64,000 nt of DNA, taken from Nemertoderma westbladi (taxonomy: Eukaryota > Animalia > Xenacoelomorpha). Positions within the stretch are counted from its first letter, which is position 1; every line of letters starts with the position of its first letter. The notes under the pieces are model-generated. The model searched no databases. It saw only the letters and a list, made by a program, of their open reading frames with translations, and was not told the DNA's origin. The position numbers and the translations under genes are program-made. The DNA lies in contig JAUCBJ010008272.1 in the NCBI GenBank assembly GCA_032718475.1, forward strand, positions 33,280 to 97,279, written 5' to 3'. Shown here one piece after another: positions 60,801-64,000 of the stretch.

Positions 60801-63800
60801 TAGCCACTAAACCAAATAGAGTACCGGTACCCCACTAGCCACTAAACCAAATAGAGTACCGGTACCCCACTAGCCACTAAACCAAATAGAGTACCGGTAC
60901 CCCACTAGCCACTAAACCAAATAGAGTACCGGTACCCCACTAGCCACTAAACCAAATAGAGTACCGGTACCCCACTAGCCACTAAACCAAATAGAGTACC
61001 GGTACCCCACTAGCCACTAAACCAAATAGAGTACCGGTACCCCACTAGCCACTAAACCAAATAGAGTACCGGTACCCCACTAGCCACTAAACCAAATAGA
61101 GTACCGGTACCCCACTAGCCACTAAACCAAATAGAGTACCGGTACCCCACTAGCCACTAAACCAAATAGAGTACCGGTACCCCACTAGCCACTAAACCAA
61201 ATAGAGTACCGGTACCCCACTAGCCACTAAACCAAATAGAGTACCGGTACCCCACTAGCCACTAAACCAAATAGAGTACCGGTACCCCACTAGCCACTAA
61301 ACCAAATAGAGTACCGGTACCCCACTAGCCACTAAACCAAATAGAGTACCGGTACCCCACTAGCCACTAAACCAAATAGAGTACCGGTACCCCACTAGCC
61401 ACTAAACCAAATAGAGTACCGGTACCCCACTAGCCACTAAACCAAATAGAGTACCGGTACCCCACTAGCCACTAAACCAAATAGAGTACCGGTACCCCAC
61501 TAGCCACTAAACCAAATAGAGTACCGGTACCCCACTAGCCACTAAACCAAATAGAGTACCGGTACCCCACTAGCCACTAAACCAAATAGAGTACCGGTAC
61601 CCCACTAGCCACTAAACCAAATAGAGTACCGGTACCCCACTAGCCACTAAACCAAATAGAGTACCGGTACCCCACTAGCCACTAAACCAAATAGAGTACC
61701 GGTACCCCACTAGCCACTAAACCAAATAGAGTACCGGTACCCCACTAGCCACTAAACCAAATAGAGTACCGGTACCCCACTAGCCACTAAACCAAATAGA
61801 GTACCGGTACCCCACTAGCCACTAAACCAAATAGAGTACCGGTACCCCACTAGCCACTAAACCAAATAGAGTACCGGTACCCCACTAGCCACTAAACCAA
61901 ATAGAGTACCGGTACCCCACTAGCCACTAAACCAAATAGAGTACCGGTACCCCACTAGCCACTAAACCAAATAGAGTACCGGTACCCCACTAGCCACTAA
62001 ACCAAATAGAGTACCGGTACCCCACTAGCCACTAAACCAAATAGAGTACCGGTACCCCACTAGCCACTAAACCAAATAGAGTACCGGTACCCCACTAGCC
62101 ACTAAACCAAATAGAGTACCGGTACCCCACTAGCCACTAAACCAAATAGAGTACCGGTACCCCACTAGCCACTAAACCAAATAGAGTACCGGTACCCCAC
62201 TAGCCACTAAACGCAAATCGAGTACCGGTACCCACTAGCCGGAGGCGAAACCCGATAGAGCTACCGGTACCCTCGATAGCTGCTACCCGAGGGTAGGGGT
62301 GCGGCGCTACTCACTAGCCCTAAGATTTGCTCCCAGTTGAGTTACCTGGTACCCACTTGCCACTCGACCCCAGTGGAGTGACCGGCTGAGTGCCCCACTG
62401 GCGGGGCTGAACCTACAACCAATAGAGTGCCGGTACCCCACGAGCCGCTCAACCAACTAGAGCTACCGAGCTACCCCACTAGCCACTAAACCAAATAGAG
62501 TACCGGTACCCCACTAGCCACTAAACCAAATAGAGTACCGGTACCCCACTAGCCACTAAACCAAATAGAGTACCGGTACCCCACTAGCCACTAAACCAAA
62601 TAGAGTACCGGTACCCCACTAGCCACTAAACCAAATAGAGTACCGGTACCCCACTAGCCACTAAACCAAATAGAGTACCGGTACCCCACTAGCCACTAAA
62701 CCAAATAGAGTACCGGTACCCCACTAGCCACTAAACCAAATAGAGTACCGGTACCCCACTAGCCACTAAACCAAATAGAGTACCGGTACCCCACTAGCCA
62801 CTAAACCAAATAGAGTACCGGTACCCCACTAGCCACTAAACCAAATAGAGTACCGGTACCCCACTAGCCACTAAACCAAATAGAGTACCGGTACCCCACT
62901 AGCCACTAAACCAAATAGAGTACCGGTACCCCACTAGCCACTAAACCAAATAGAGTACCGGTACCCCACTAGCCACTAAACCAAATAGAGTACCGGTACC
63001 CCACTAGCCACTAAACCAAATAGAGTACCGGTACCCCACTAGCCACTAAACCAAATAGAGTACCGGTACCCCACTAGCCACTAAACCAAATAGAGTACCG
63101 GTACCCCACTAGCCACTAAACCAAATAGAGTACCGGTACCCCACTAGCCACTAAACCAAATAGAGTACCGGTACCCCACTAGCCACTAAACCAAATAGAG
63201 TACCGGTACCCCACTAGCCACTAAACCAAATAGAGTACCGGTACCCCACTAGCCACTAAACCAAATAGAGTACCGGTACCCCACTAGCCACTAAACCAAA
63301 TAGAGTACCGGTACCCCACTAGCCACTAAACCAAATAGAGTACCGGTACCCCACTAGCCACTAAACCAAATAGAGTACCGGTACCCCACTAGCCACTAAA
63401 CCAAATAGAGTACCGGTACCCCACTAGCCACTAAACCAAATAGAGTACCGGTACCCCACTAGCCACTAAACCAAATAGAGTACCGGTACCCCACTAGCCA
63501 CTAAACCAAATAGAGTACCGGTACCCCACTAGCCACTAAACCAAATAGAGTACCGGTACCCCACTAGCCACTAAACCAAATAGAGTACCGGTACCCCACT
63601 AGCCACTAAACCAAATAGAGTACCGGTACCCCACTAGCCACTAAACCAAATAGAGTACCGGTACCCCACTAGCCACTAAACCAAATAGAGTACCGGTACC
63701 CCACTAGCCACTAAACCAAATAGAGTACCGGTACCCCACTAGCCACTAAACCAAATAGAGTACCGGTACCCCACTAGCCACTAAACCAAATAGAGTACCG

Positions 63801-64000
63801 GTACCCCACTAGCCACTAAACCAAATAGAGTACCGGTACCCCACTAGCCACTAAACCAAATAGAGTACCGGTACCCCACTAGCCACTAAACCAAATAGAG
63901 TACCGGTACCCCACTAGCCACTAAACCAAATAGAGTACCGGTACCCCACTAGCCACTAAACCAAATAGAGTACCGGTACCCCACTAGCCACTAAACCAAA
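57888..64000. repeat. 35-bp satellite array, >170 near-identical copies, runs off the window
   Basis: Unit accggtaccccactagccactaaaccaaatagagt. Confidence 0.99.

Overview
A TE-rich window from an animal (probably invertebrate) nuclear genome. It holds two host genes: an intronless TMEM55/PIP4P-family gene (21028-21780, -) and a two-exon IAP gene with 3 BIR, UBA and RING domains (46621-55873, +), plus a pseudo-exon of an IAP paralog. The dominant feature is a very large (>17 kb) BEL/Pao LTR retrotransposon family seen three times: a near-intact copy (-, 18292 to <=1261), a solo LTR with a perfect 5-bp TSD (27797-28741) and a decayed copy (+, 32660-45729). Downstream of pol, in the env position, both long copies carry a non-env ORF that reconstructs to about 1392 aa. 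It has a WRN/EXD/Mut-7-like DEDDy 3'-5' exonuclease-like domain and several CCHC zinc fingers, and the two copies differ mostly at silent sites in the block compared. This cargo, together with the lack of a canonical tRNA PBS, is the best candidate for new biology. Also present: an internally deleted P-superfamily (THAP) transposon with TIRs and 8-bp TSD in the IAP intron, RTE-like, L2-like and Penelope-like fragments, a tRNA-derived SINE, two foldback elements, and four tandem arrays (5, 62, 53 and 35 bp). All domain calls come from motif recognition by eye; no searches were run.
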